Virus record (IMG/VR): IMGVR_UViG_2974707348_000001
Location: 59,024 to 123,023 of that record
Direction: 5' to 3' (one strand)
DNA length: 64,000 nucleotides
Source: a virus
Taxonomy: Duplodnaviria > Caudoviricetes
Positions within the stretch are counted from its first letter, which is position 1. The number at the start of each line of letters is the position of its first letter. Below the pieces are notes generated by a model. That model was not told where the DNA came from, searched no databases, and was given only the letters and a program-made list of their open reading frames with translations. Made by a program: the position numbers and the translations under genes. Shown one piece after another: positions 27,365 to 37,500 of this stretch.

Positions 27365-30300
27365 TAAGTAATTCCTCCTACGTATCTTATGATTGTTACT
27401 GGTGATTCATTTGAGAATTTAGTAATTAAATGATTACCTATTGTTGCTGATTCAAGGAAGACTCCTTTTTGAATATTAAGAACCTCTCCTGTAATAAATG
27501 CTACATCAACGTTATTATCCCAAAAGACTATTTTATCACTTGTGACTTGAATTGCCATTTTAGATTGTTTGTTGGAAATGAACATTCCTTCTTCACTAAA
27601 TGTGAATGATTCATTAATGAAGTTCCATTTGACTTTCATTCTATCGTAGAATCCTTCAACAATAGTTGTTCTATCATTTACATTGTTTATATCTTCTTTG
27701 TTTTGAGTTGAAACAGCATGAAGATTATCAATAGTGCTTTGATAATCATGTTCTAACCAAGAGGTATAATCTTCATTAGAGACTGCATTTTGAGCCTGAA
27801 CTAAAGCATCATTAGCTGTCTCAGCAACCGATTCTAAATCATCGAGCCCTGCTTTATTTGATAGACCACTATCAGAACTAGCTTGAACATATCTTGGATT
27901 TAATTGCCATCTATAATCTGATGGGTTTTGAGAGTCTTTTTCTCCAACACCTACATACATAGGTATTGCATCTTGCCATTGAGCTTGTGACTCACTTTGG
28001 CTTGGTGTCCAAGGAGTAGCGGTTGAGCCTTCTTCCCACTTATGACCAGCAGTCCATACAATTGAATCCGTTCCAGCACCAGATATTTCGTATCTAGGGT
28101 TAAGAGTATCGCCAGTCTTCAAATTTACTGTGAAAGAATCTCTCAGCCAATCAAAGCTATTTCCCATGAACGCGTTAAGTGCTAGCCATTTTTCGTGTCC
28201 ATTAATATCCCAACAATTGACGAATCTATATATGGTCGCTGTGCTTCCTGAACTTTTAACATAAGCTGAAAACGTGTAAACACCACTTTTTGGAGCTGTA
28301 AATGTTTTATGAATACCGCCCCATTGATAGGTTCGTTTTTTAACAGCTAATCCTTTATATGTTCCGTCGTTGTCATAACCACTTATATACTCCCAGTCCC
28401 CACTAAAATCTTTAGTTCCGTCTAATAAATTCAAATTCGGATAAACCGTACTGAATCTATCTGTTCCATCCGAACTCCAAGAATAAGCGGTATACGCATT
28501 TGAGTCCTGTCCTTTAAATAGACTCCAAACGTAATCGGATGGATTAGTACTGTCATCTTTTTTATCGTTTGTATACTGACCAATGTAGTTCGGATAGTCA
28601 CTAGTTTTTACTTCGCTTTTACTTGGCATGTGTGGAGTAGCTACTGAGCCTGGTTCGAGCTTGATATTCTTGATTATTAGCCAATTACCATTTGCTGTTG
28701 ACATCCCTCTTAAGTATACAATTTGCGATAAATCATCTGGCAAAGTTTCTTTACTTGTCAAAACGCATGATACTTTAGTCCACTGATTCGCCGAAGCTTT
28801 ATTCATAGTGACATCATCAGTCAACGCTTTTTGGTATTCGGTTCTAGCTAGAGTTGCAATAAAACTCACATCTACGCTTGGCTTAACATCAAACGAAAGA
28901 ACATACTGTGTACTTGGCTGTATGAGATTACGCAGCAAACCTGCATATTGAATTAAATTCCAACCAGTATTTGCAGTTGTTGTACCTTTGATTAGTTTTA
29001 CAGCACGAATACCATCGACATTTACTTCTTCAACACTCTTGTCTCCATCTGAAAGCGTCCAATCCCAGTTGACAACACCTTGATTGGTTTTATCCAACAG
29101 ATTCAAATTTGGATAAACCGTACTAAATCTATCTGTACCGTCTGAACTATATGCCCACGCTGTGTGGAAATATGGTGTCTCACCATCTGCCCCAGGTTTA
29201 CCTGGAATCCCTTGAGTTCCATCAGGACCTTGCAAACCCTGAATACCTTGGTCGCCCTTAGGGCCTTTTTCACCCATCATTGCAACTGAATATCCTGTTT
29301 CAGATGAGTTGTCTGTGTAAGTCCAAATAGTCTTAGTCCATAGGAATTGTCCAGCAGGAACACTAGGCACTGTGGTTGTATATCCAGTAGTTGGAGGAGT
29401 AGTACCATTGGTATGACTAGCGTATGTAATGGTCGTAGTTTTGATTCCTACACCGTCTTTACCAGCAATTCCGTCATGACCGTTATTACCATCTTTTGCA
29501 ATATAAGTTACTGAGTAACCTGTTTCAGATGAGCTGTCCGTGTATGTCCATATGGTCTTAGTCCAGAGATACTGACCTTTTACAAGACTAGGAACAGAAC
29601 TTGTCCAACCAGTGTTTGGTGCTGTCGTTCCGCTTGTTGAAATAGCGTAAGTGATAACAGTGTTTTTGATACCATTACCATCTTTACCAGCAATACCATC
29701 TTTACCAGTTGCCCCATCTTTACCGTCATTTCCTCGCATCAGACTCCAAGTATAATCTGATGGTTTGACACTATCTGATACTTTATCATCTGAATATGTT
29801 CCTATATAACTTGGGTAATCGCTAGTTTCCACTTCACTCTTACTAGGCATGTGTGGAGTAGCAACCGAACCCTCTTCCCATTTATGTCCAGCAGTCCATA
29901 AAATTGAATCAGAAGTTGAACCACTTATTTCATATCTGGCAGAAATCACATCACCAGCTTTCAGAGTTACAGTGAAACTATCTCTAAACCAATCAAAATC
30001 ACTTCCTAATTCTTTATGTGCCCCCAAATAATCTGCATTATTTAGACTAATAAATCTATGTATATTTGCATTATTTCCTGAACTTTTAACATAAGCTGAG
30101 AAAGTATATGTTCCGTCTTTAGGAGCTGTAAATGTTTTATGAATACCGCCCCATTGATAGGTTCGTTTTTTAACAGTTAGACCTTTATAAGTTCTGTCGT
30201 TTGTCCAATTCTCTGACAATAACCAAGACCCACTAAAGTCTTTAGTACCGTCTAACAGATTCAAGTTAGGGTAGACAGTCGTGAAACTGTCAGTGCCGTC

Positions 30301-33300
30301 TGCGCTATAAGAGTATGCAGTATGAGTATATGCTTTATTTCTATCAATAATAACTGGCAAGATTTGTTCGTCAATTAAATTGAGTGTACCTCCTGCAAGA
30401 TAAAATTGTAATTTTACATGTGTTATATCATTATCGAATGGTTTATATGTTACTATAGATTCATCGGAAGATGAAGTGTATTTAAGAAAATAATTCAACC
30501 CACCGTCTTTTGATTCATAAACTTTATATCGACCTCGATACTCAGTTGTATCACCACCTACTAACTCTTGATTTCCTAGTACAGTTATTGGTGTATTGAC
30601 CCATTCGTCATAAGGTGTTTTTCGTAAAGAATCAGAAGTCAACATCCAACGATTTATGTTTCCTGATGTATCTTTATATTTCTTTACTTTAAACTCTTTT
30701 TTCAGAGTTTCTTTTCCTTGGGTTGCAACTATAACTATTGTCTCAAAGTCTGTTTTTGTTGATAAAACTTTTACTGTATTTTTTGAAACTGTATAAACTA
30801 CATTATTGTTTCTCTCAACAGAGAAAGTCCAATTACTTGTATCTAAGACACCATCTCTATATACATTCATTTCTGTCGAAGCATAATCATAATTTCCTGA
30901 TGAACCGTTAGGGTCTGTGAAGATTGTAATGAAGTCATTTGATAAAGTTGAAACTATAGTTCCTTTTAGGGGAGTTATATCATCATGTGTAACAAGATTA
31001 GAATCAGCTCCGATTGTGACCTTCTTATTAAGTTTTATTTCACCTGTATTAAGGTTGATGATGATTCCATCATCTTTTCCTTTAATAACACCTGCATTCA
31101 TTACTAAGTCAGCGTTGAACTCTGTTTTACTATTAATCTCTAATAGTTTACCATCAATCTTAACACCTTCCTCAGAAAGATTTAATGCAGTAACAACATT
31201 ATCGTTTTTGACATAATTCAAAGAAATCCCAGTTTCAAGAGTTTTTATTTCAGATTTAGTATAATCAAATGATATAATTGATTCTAACGCTTGTTTCTTT
31301 TTATCATAGTTGATAAATTTCTCTTTAAATACTTCTGGGTCAATTGTTGTTGTTTTTGTTATATTAGCATCATTTAAGATAGAATAACCATCTGATTGTT
31401 GTGTTTGGTTCAAATATTTATTCAAATCTTCATATGCTGTAACATACTCATTATACTCGTCAGGATAAGGATTTTCCTTAGTCGGCTTCCCTCTTCCTTT
31501 CATGAATGAGGAAATCATAGAACTGTGTATATCTGTGATTTTAGTCCATTGATTCTTTAATTGTTTCTTTTCATACTCATTGATTAAATTATCATTCGCA
31601 ATCTCATCATAAGTAAGTAACAATTTATTCCATGATTCGATAACGTTCTTAGGGTTTCCCTCATGACCACTCATGATTTTAATTGAATCCATGTTGACTG
31701 TCAGACCAGTATTGTCAATTACAAAGCTACCTGAATCGTTTGTAATAATAAGATTGTTACCTGCTAAAATTTTACCGATAAGTGTTTCAGCAATAACTCC
31801 ATTAGGTGTAATTGATGTATTCCATGTCTTACCATTATCTTTAGAAAGAGCTACGACACCTGATTGAATAATAATTACTTCATTTGGAAAATCTGGGTTA
31901 CGAACCATCATACCATGATTATCAAGAGTAATTGATTCATTTGCACCAGCGACAATACGATTATCAACCGCTTTAATTTCTTTATCTCTCCAAGCCGTAA
32001 CTTCATCTTTAACTTCTACAATATTGTTCCATTTGTATTTGTTATTTTCTAATATTGAAGACGACGACTCTGCTTGATAAATAATTGTTGCTAATCTATC
32101 GAGAGCATCAATATCGTCCATGTTATCAGATATTTCAAGTTGGAAATCACCAGAAACTAAATCACCACTATACCCAATAATAATTGATGTATATTCTTCT
32201 TCTAATTTATTAGATTTAATCTTAACTTCTTCACCGATTTCTAATCTTCCATGATACTTCTTAGATTCAATGGAATTAATGAACGATGCTAAATCTGTTT
32301 TAAATGAGCGTGTTGGTTTTTGATATTTCTCAAATTCTTCTACGGTTGCTTTATATAGTTCTTTTGCATCAATATATCTGTCATCTGAGAAATCTTTCTC
32401 ATAAACAAATAATTTCAACTCTTCAACTAAATCTGCCCTAAAAGAATTTGTTGAGATAATTTCTTGATAACCAACTATTGTCTTATTCCAAACTTCAATA
32501 GTTTTATTTATAGAATCAATTTCTGAACTTTTGTCATCAACTTGTTTTTGTTTTGCAATGATTTCAGACTCTCTTTGAGCAGTCAAAGATTTATTGTTTG
32601 TTGACTTTGCAGTATCTAACAGAGCTTGTAGGGTAATCATTTCTCCATCGAGGTCATCTTTTTCAGACATTTTTTTCGTTAAATCAACATATCCTTGATT
32701 GATTAATTTTTGTAGATTATCAATTTTTGGATTATAGACTTTTTGTAATTCCATTAAATCCAATAGAGCATGAGCTAAATCATCCGACATATAGTTTGAA
32801 TGATGTAATACATTTTTATGTTCATCACGCTTAAATGGTTGTATGAAATATGAAAAATCTTCAATATATCGCATACCAGTTGGATTTGCTGATGAAATAT
32901 CTAAATCTTCATTCCCTTTCGCATACATTCTTGTGACTATTTCTTCTGATGTCGATGAGATATCTATAGAATTTGCATAGTTTTCACGTTTAAGAACAAC
33001 ACCACGAAACACTCTTAATTCATCAATTGTTAAAAGATTTAATGTTCGTGTTTCTCCATCGAAATCTGTTATTGCTCCATAGGCTTCAATACCACTTTGA
33101 ATAGCTTCATATCTTGTTTGCTTATCCTGTTCTGAAAATGTTCTGTATGTATTTTTTAATTTATTTGAAATGTGCCCTAGTTTCCAAGGTGACTGTTCAA
33201 GAGTTTTTTTGAAATATTCTTCTGCTCCAACCCCTGTTCCATCTATCGTAACATTTGTTGTTCGAAGTTCACTCTCTAAACTATCACAGGATATTTTAGT

Positions 33301-33645
33301 TGTAATTCCGTCACTTGAATCATTTTTTTCAATGGTTATGATTCTAAACCAATTTACTCTACCTCCATACCACGTTAATTTAATAAGTTTCTCTTCTTTG
33401 ATGCTATCTAAGTCAGGATTTTTGATGTATTCAATTTCATCAGTTACACCTTTATTTTTAGACTCTACCAAATAAGGTATTTCAAATTCAAAATGTGGGA
33501 GTGAGTTTAGTTTAACATCTGATATATTAGCTGTGTTAATATTTGAGATGTTCTGTGTTATGACTTTACTAGGAAGAGCAAGTTGAACCTTAAATGGTCT
33601 CTTACTTCTAGTTAGGTCTAGGTCTAACCCTAAATCTTTCAACAT
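27364..33645 (-). CDS. Tal/host-specificity protein (2093 aa) with collagen-like repeats and three carbohydrate-binding-like modules
   Basis: Prophage-tail N-terminus (IVTRMYAKG); GKDG/GxY repeats; three YSxDGTDxFxTVYPNLNLL modules; directly follows Dit. Confidence 0.85.
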   Translation of the reverse strand: MLKDLGLDLDLTRSKRPFKVQLALPSKVITQNISNINTANISDVKLNSLPHFEFEIPYLVESKNKGVTDEIEYIKNPDLDSIKEEKLIKLTWYGGRVNWFRIITIEKNDSSDGITTKISCDSLESELRTTNVTIDGTGVGAEEYFKKTLEQSPWKLGHISNKLKNTYRTFSEQDKQTRYEAIQSGIEAYGAITDFDGETRTLNLLTIDELRVFRGVVLKRENYANSIDISSTSEEIVTRMYAKGNEDLDISSANPTGMRYIEDFSYFIQPFKRDEHKNVLHHSNYMSDDLAHALLDLMELQKVYNPKIDNLQKLINQGYVDLTKKMSEKDDLDGEMITLQALLDTAKSTNNKSLTAQRESEIIAKQKQVDDKSSEIDSINKTIEVWNKTIVGYQEIISTNSFRADLVEELKLFVYEKDFSDDRYIDAKELYKATVEEFEKYQKPTRSFKTDLASFINSIESKKYHGRLEIGEEVKIKSNKLEEEYTSIIIGYSGDLVSGDFQLEISDNMDDIDALDRLATIIYQAESSSSILENNKYKWNNIVEVKDEVTAWRDKEIKAVDNRIVAGANESITLDNHGMMVRNPDFPNEVIIIQSGVVALSKDNGKTWNTSITPNGVIAETLIGKILAGNNLIITNDSGSFVIDNTGLTVNMDSIKIMSGHEGNPKNVIESWNKLLLTYDEIANDNLINEYEKKQLKNQWTKITDIHSSMISSFMKGRGKPTKENPYPDEYNEYVTAYEDLNKYLNQTQQSDGYSILNDANITKTTTIDPEVFKEKFINYDKKKQALESIISFDYTKSEIKTLETGISLNYVKNDNVVTALNLSEEGVKIDGKLLEINSKTEFNADLVMNAGVIKGKDDGIIINLNTGEIKLNKKVTIGADSNLVTHDDITPLKGTIVSTLSNDFITIFTDPNGSSGNYDYASTEMNVYRDGVLDTSNWTFSVERNNNVVYTVSKNTVKVLSTKTDFETIVIVATQGKETLKKEFKVKKYKDTSGNINRWMLTSDSLRKTPYDEWVNTPITVLGNQELVGGDTTEYRGRYKVYESKDGGLNYFLKYTSSSDESIVTYKPFDNDITHVKLQFYLAGGTLNLIDEQILPVIIDRNKAYTHTAYSYSADGTDSFTTVYPNLNLLDGTKDFSGSWLLSENWTNDRTYKGLTVKKRTYQWGGIHKTFTAPKDGTYTFSAYVKSSGNNANIHRFISLNNADYLGAHKELGSDFDWFRDSFTVTLKAGDVISARYEISGSTSDSILWTAGHKWEEGSVATPHMPSKSEVETSDYPSYIGTYSDDKVSDSVKPSDYTWSLMRGNDGKDGATGKDGIAGKDGNGIKNTVITYAISTSGTTAPNTGWTSSVPSLVKGQYLWTKTIWTYTDSSSETGYSVTYIAKDGNNGHDGIAGKDGVGIKTTTITYASHTNGTTPPTTGYTTTVPSVPAGQFLWTKTIWTYTDNSSETGYSVAMMGEKGPKGDQGIQGLQGPDGTQGIPGKPGADGETPYFHTAWAYSSDGTDRFSTVYPNLNLLDKTNQGVVNWDWTLSDGDKSVEEVNVDGIRAVKLIKGTTTANTGWNLIQYAGLLRNLIQPSTQYVLSFDVKPSVDVSFIATLARTEYQKALTDDVTMNKASANQWTKVSCVLTSKETLPDDLSQIVYLRGMSTANGNWLIIKNIKLEPGSVATPHMPSKSEVKTSDYPNYIGQYTNDKKDDSTNPSDYVWSLFKGQDSNAYTAYSWSSDGTDRFSTVYPNLNLLDGTKDFSGDWEYISGYDNDGTYKGLAVKKRTYQWGGIHKTFTAPKSGVYTFSAYVKSSGSTATIYRFVNCWDINGHEKWLALNAFMGNSFDWLRDSFTVNLKTGDTLNPRYEISGAGTDSIVWTAGHKWEEGSTATPWTPSQSESQAQWQDAIPMYVGVGEKDSQNPSDYRWQLNPRYVQASSDSGLSNKAGLDDLESVAETANDALVQAQNAVSNEDYTSWLEHDYQSTIDNLHAVSTQNKEDINNVNDRTTIVEGFYDRMKVKWNFINESFTFSEEGMFISNKQSKMAIQVTSDKIVFWDNNVDVAFITGEVLNIQKGVFLESATIGNHLITKFSNESPVTIIRYVGGIT
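27900..30330 (-). repeat. Repeated DNA modules inside the Tal gene
   Basis: Conserved module starts near 28470, 29142 and 30300; 55-bp perfect identity between 28292-28346 and 30122-30176. Confidence 0.85.
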
Positions 33646-33681
33646 AGTTGTTTACTCCTCTATATATTTCCTTTATACTCT

Positions 33682-33710
33682 ATTATACCATAATTATTAC
33701 ATAGGCGCAA
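33682..33710 (-). promoter_or_regulatory. Promoter of the Tal operon (variant -35)
   Basis: TTGCGC, 17 bp, TG-G-TATAAT on the - strand. Confidence 0.65.
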
Positions 33711-33727
33711 GTACAGAATTATATGTA

Positions 33728-33759
33728 TAAAAAAAATAAGATGCCTAAGCATCTTATTT
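33728..33759 (-). terminator. Terminator after Dit
   Basis: AAATAAGATGC-TTAG-GCATCTTATTT followed by a T run. Confidence 0.8.
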
Positions 33760-34518
33760 AATATAGTATGGTTGATAGGTAATAATAACCTTGAGGTTTT
33801 GACTTGCTGGGGCACTAACTGTATTTACCTTTTTCAAAAAACTTAATTTAGATAAATCCCCTACGTAATCTGAATAATGATATATATTATCTAAATTACT
33901 AGAGATTTCTTCCTCATAGGGATTTATTGTAACAATTTCATTTGCTTTCAAATTATTTATCTGTAGTGTATATCCATTTACTGTTATTGAATATGTTCCA
34001 TCTTTTAATGGATATAAATCAATATTCATCTCTGGATTTATTTTACCATCCAACGTAACACTAATTGAATCATTGTTTGCTGTCTTTTCAAATGACAAGA
34101 TATTTCCATACATATATGGAGAGTTAGTTATCATAGAAACAACTATATAACCTCTTCCAGTTCCCGTATGCACTATCCTAGATTCTCCGTTTGGCATTGC
34201 ATAGACAAATTTATTTAATCCTTCAAATTGCAATTTACTGTAGTACTCTTTACCATAGAGCCAATCAATTACTTTGTTGATTAATTCATCTGTGAAATCT
34301 TTCTCGAAAGCTAAATTCAATTCAAATGACAAATCTTCATAAGTCACACCATTAAATAATGATTTTCTCACATCTTTCACCGTTTCTGAATTGACAGTTC
34401 GATTTGCAACAAATGCTTCATCAAACATTCCACTATCCATAGAAACGCTTATAATTCCAAATTCGCTAGTATTCTTTCCGTTGTATGTAAAACTCATCTT
34501 ATCTTTAATAGTATTCAT
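33754..34518 (-). CDS. Distal tail protein (Dit)
   Basis: FTYNGKxxxEFG start, WL and SPY motifs; lies between TMP and Tal. Confidence 0.8.
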   Translation of the reverse strand: MNTIKDKMSFTYNGKNTSEFGIISVSMDSGMFDEAFVANRTVNSETVKDVRKSLFNGVTYEDLSFELNLAFEKDFTDELINKVIDWLYGKEYYSKLQFEGLNKFVYAMPNGESRIVHTGTGRGYIVVSMITNSPYMYGNILSFEKTANNDSISVTLDGKINPEMNIDLYPLKDGTYSITVNGYTLQINNLKANEIVTINPYEEEISSNLDNIYHYSDYVGDLSKLSFLKKVNTVSAPASQNLKVIITYQPYYIK

Positions 34519-34569
34519 TTTACCAACTTTCTATAAAAATAATTGAAGGGTGGGTTACACCCTATCCAA

Positions 34570-37500
34570 TTATCTACGTGATTTCAACCTATCCATAACT
34601 TCGTCTGCAAATCTAACAGCACCTTCTTTGTCTCCACGATAGTTTTCAAAGTTGAATTGCATATCGCCTACAACTAAGCTATTACCAGTCTTAGAGGCTT
34701 GTATTGATTTTATAAAGTCATTGAGTTGATTTTTAGTTTTGTCTACAATTGATACTGTTTTTAAAATATCGCTTGTTTGATTTTTATTTAAGACCATTTC
34801 TTTCTTGTGGAGCATGGCAACTTTGCCTTGATTACCGAACCAATCACCAGTATAACCACCAGTATCAAAGGGAATCAACAACTTTCTACCAATTGGAACT
34901 CGGTAAGGGTCAATACCACCATTAGCTTTTTGAATCTTAGTCCATTGATAATAATTTCCATAATACTTCTTGGCTAAATCCCAAAGTGTATCTCCGTTGA
35001 CAACTGTGTGTGTTGCTTTTACTCCATTTTGTGTTGCAGGAGTTGCAGGTTGTTCAGGAGGAAGATAAGGGGTTACATTCCTGTGTGCTATAAAAGAACT
35101 TGTTTCGTTAGTAGTATAATTAGGATTGTTGACATCATTTCCTTTTTGCTGACTTGCATTCAAGTCGTCTAAATTTTTATTTATACTATTGAGTTCTGTT
35201 AATTGGTCTTTTATGCCCAACCAGATATTTGATACATCAGTTAGGTTGTCCCCTACAATTGATTTAATATCATCAGGACTCAAGTTTTCTGTTCCCATGA
35301 TTCCTTTTCCGTCTCCACTCATCAAGTTAGATAGTTCCTCTTGCATATCATTCATCATTTGAGTTAAGACATTTGTATCTCCTGCGTTCCATTTGTCTAC
35401 CGCATTTTTCCATAGGGTATCATCGCTAATTAATTTATTATAATAATCTTGAATTTGTTTAGATTTATCATTGACTTCACTAACATTATTATCATAATTC
35501 GTGTTCTCATTATCTTTATTTTTATTTACTTTGTCAAGCTGTTCTTGTTTTTGTTTATCTAACTGTTCTTTCCAGAGTGTATCTTGTCTCTCTAATTGAG
35601 TATCAGTAATATCTTTATTCAAATCCGTCAGTTGTTTTTGAAGGTCTGATAAAGCCTTTTTACCCTCTAACGAATTATCTCTTGAAGCTAAGGATATTTT
35701 TTGCATAAAATCTGCACGTTTAGCATTAAAGTCTTCCATCTTCTTAGCATATGTTTCTTCTGCTTTTTCCGAATCACGTTCCTTAACTTTTGCATCATAG
35801 ACTTCATTTATTTTTGAAATCTCATCATCGTATGATTTTATTTTTGCATCATGTGTTGTTTTTAAGTTTGCAAGTTCTTTTTCGGTAGATTGCTTGCTTA
35901 ATGTTTGCATTTGTTTATAATAGTTTTTGAGAGAAGATACTTCGTCTTGTGCAACCTTTCCACGAGCATCCGCAACTGATTTTTGTTCTTTAAGCGTTTC
36001 GAGAACTGCACTATTATAATTCTTTTGAGCATTTTCAAGCATTTTCTGCATTTCAATAGCTTGTTTAGATGACGCACCATATTTTTCACTTGCATTGTTA
36101 TATTCAGCTTGATATTTAGCAACTTGATTTTTGTACGTAAGTTCAAGTTTTTGTTGTTGCTCTATCATCTCATATTGAATCTTAAGCTGTTGACCTACAT
36201 CATTAGGATTAGTATATTGAAGTTTCTCATTCTGGAAGCTTAATACATCTTTAGCTTTTTGAATAGAACCAATTGTCTTATCCCAATTATTTCCGATATC
36301 AGCAATGTAATCAAGATAAATATTAATGTCGCTTTGTCTGATTTCATTATTAAGGTTTTCAATTTGTGTTTCGAGTTTCCATATATTTCCTGAATTTGTG
36401 TCATATTCTTGCTGTAACTCGTTGTAACGTTTACGTTGAGCTTCTGTGTGTTGATTTGTGTGTCTTAATCCTTCAAGTTCTCTAGCAACTACATTTTGGC
36501 GATTAATCATTGCTTGATACTGAGCTTGTTGTTGATTCAATAAGCTTTTATTTAAGCTTTGAATACCAAGTAATTGATTACGATAGGCGACTGTATTCTC
36601 AATTAAGCGTTTCAAAACAGCTTCTGATTTGTCAATCCTAGTTTGAGTTTGGTCAATTGTAAGACCCGCTGTATCTCTATTATAGAGAGCATCTAATGAA
36701 TTACCAGCACTTTCTCCAAACACAGGAATAAATTCTTGCATTGTCTGAATAGCTGGGGTGATACTAGGAACATAAGTCCCTGCTCCACCTTCTCCTGAAC
36801 TACCAGAACCAGATTCGCCTTCACTTCCTGCGAATCCTCCTCCTAGTGCACCCATTCCATTAGTACCTCTTATTCCGAAGAGACTACCTAGACCAAGTTT
36901 TTGAGCTGTTTGTAACCACAAATCAATACCACGGTCTCTACGTTGTGGGATAAGTGGGATGATTGCTTCTTCACCTTCTTCACCATGCCACGCAAGTTCA
37001 GGTGTATCAACGAATCCACCATTATAGTATCCGTGTCCACTATAAGCATTAACTAATGAACCATACCTACCGAGTGCATATCTGATTGAAGCAAGAATAT
37101 TATCGAGAGGGGCGTAGATATTATTATATCCTGGCATTTTATTCGCTTGAAAAGTTGGGTCAATAACTTGCATAAGACCTTTAGATGGTGTTCCATTCAC
37201 AGCATTAACATCCCAACCATTGATTGCCATTGGGTTACCACCAGACTCAGTTTGCATTTGATATAGCAATGCTTGTAAGTTTTGTGGTGTGAATTGACCA
37301 GTCATCATCAAAGCTTTTGAAGCTACACCAGTCCATTGTTGAACACCTGCACCAGCTATACCAGGAGCACCTCCACCTCCACCAAATGCACCTGCTAAAG
37401 CAGAGAAGTCACCTGAAACGTAAGCTTTGATTTTATCTAGTGTATCAAACACTCCACCACCAAAGTCTTTAAATACTTCTTTACCAAGTTCTTTAAGGTT

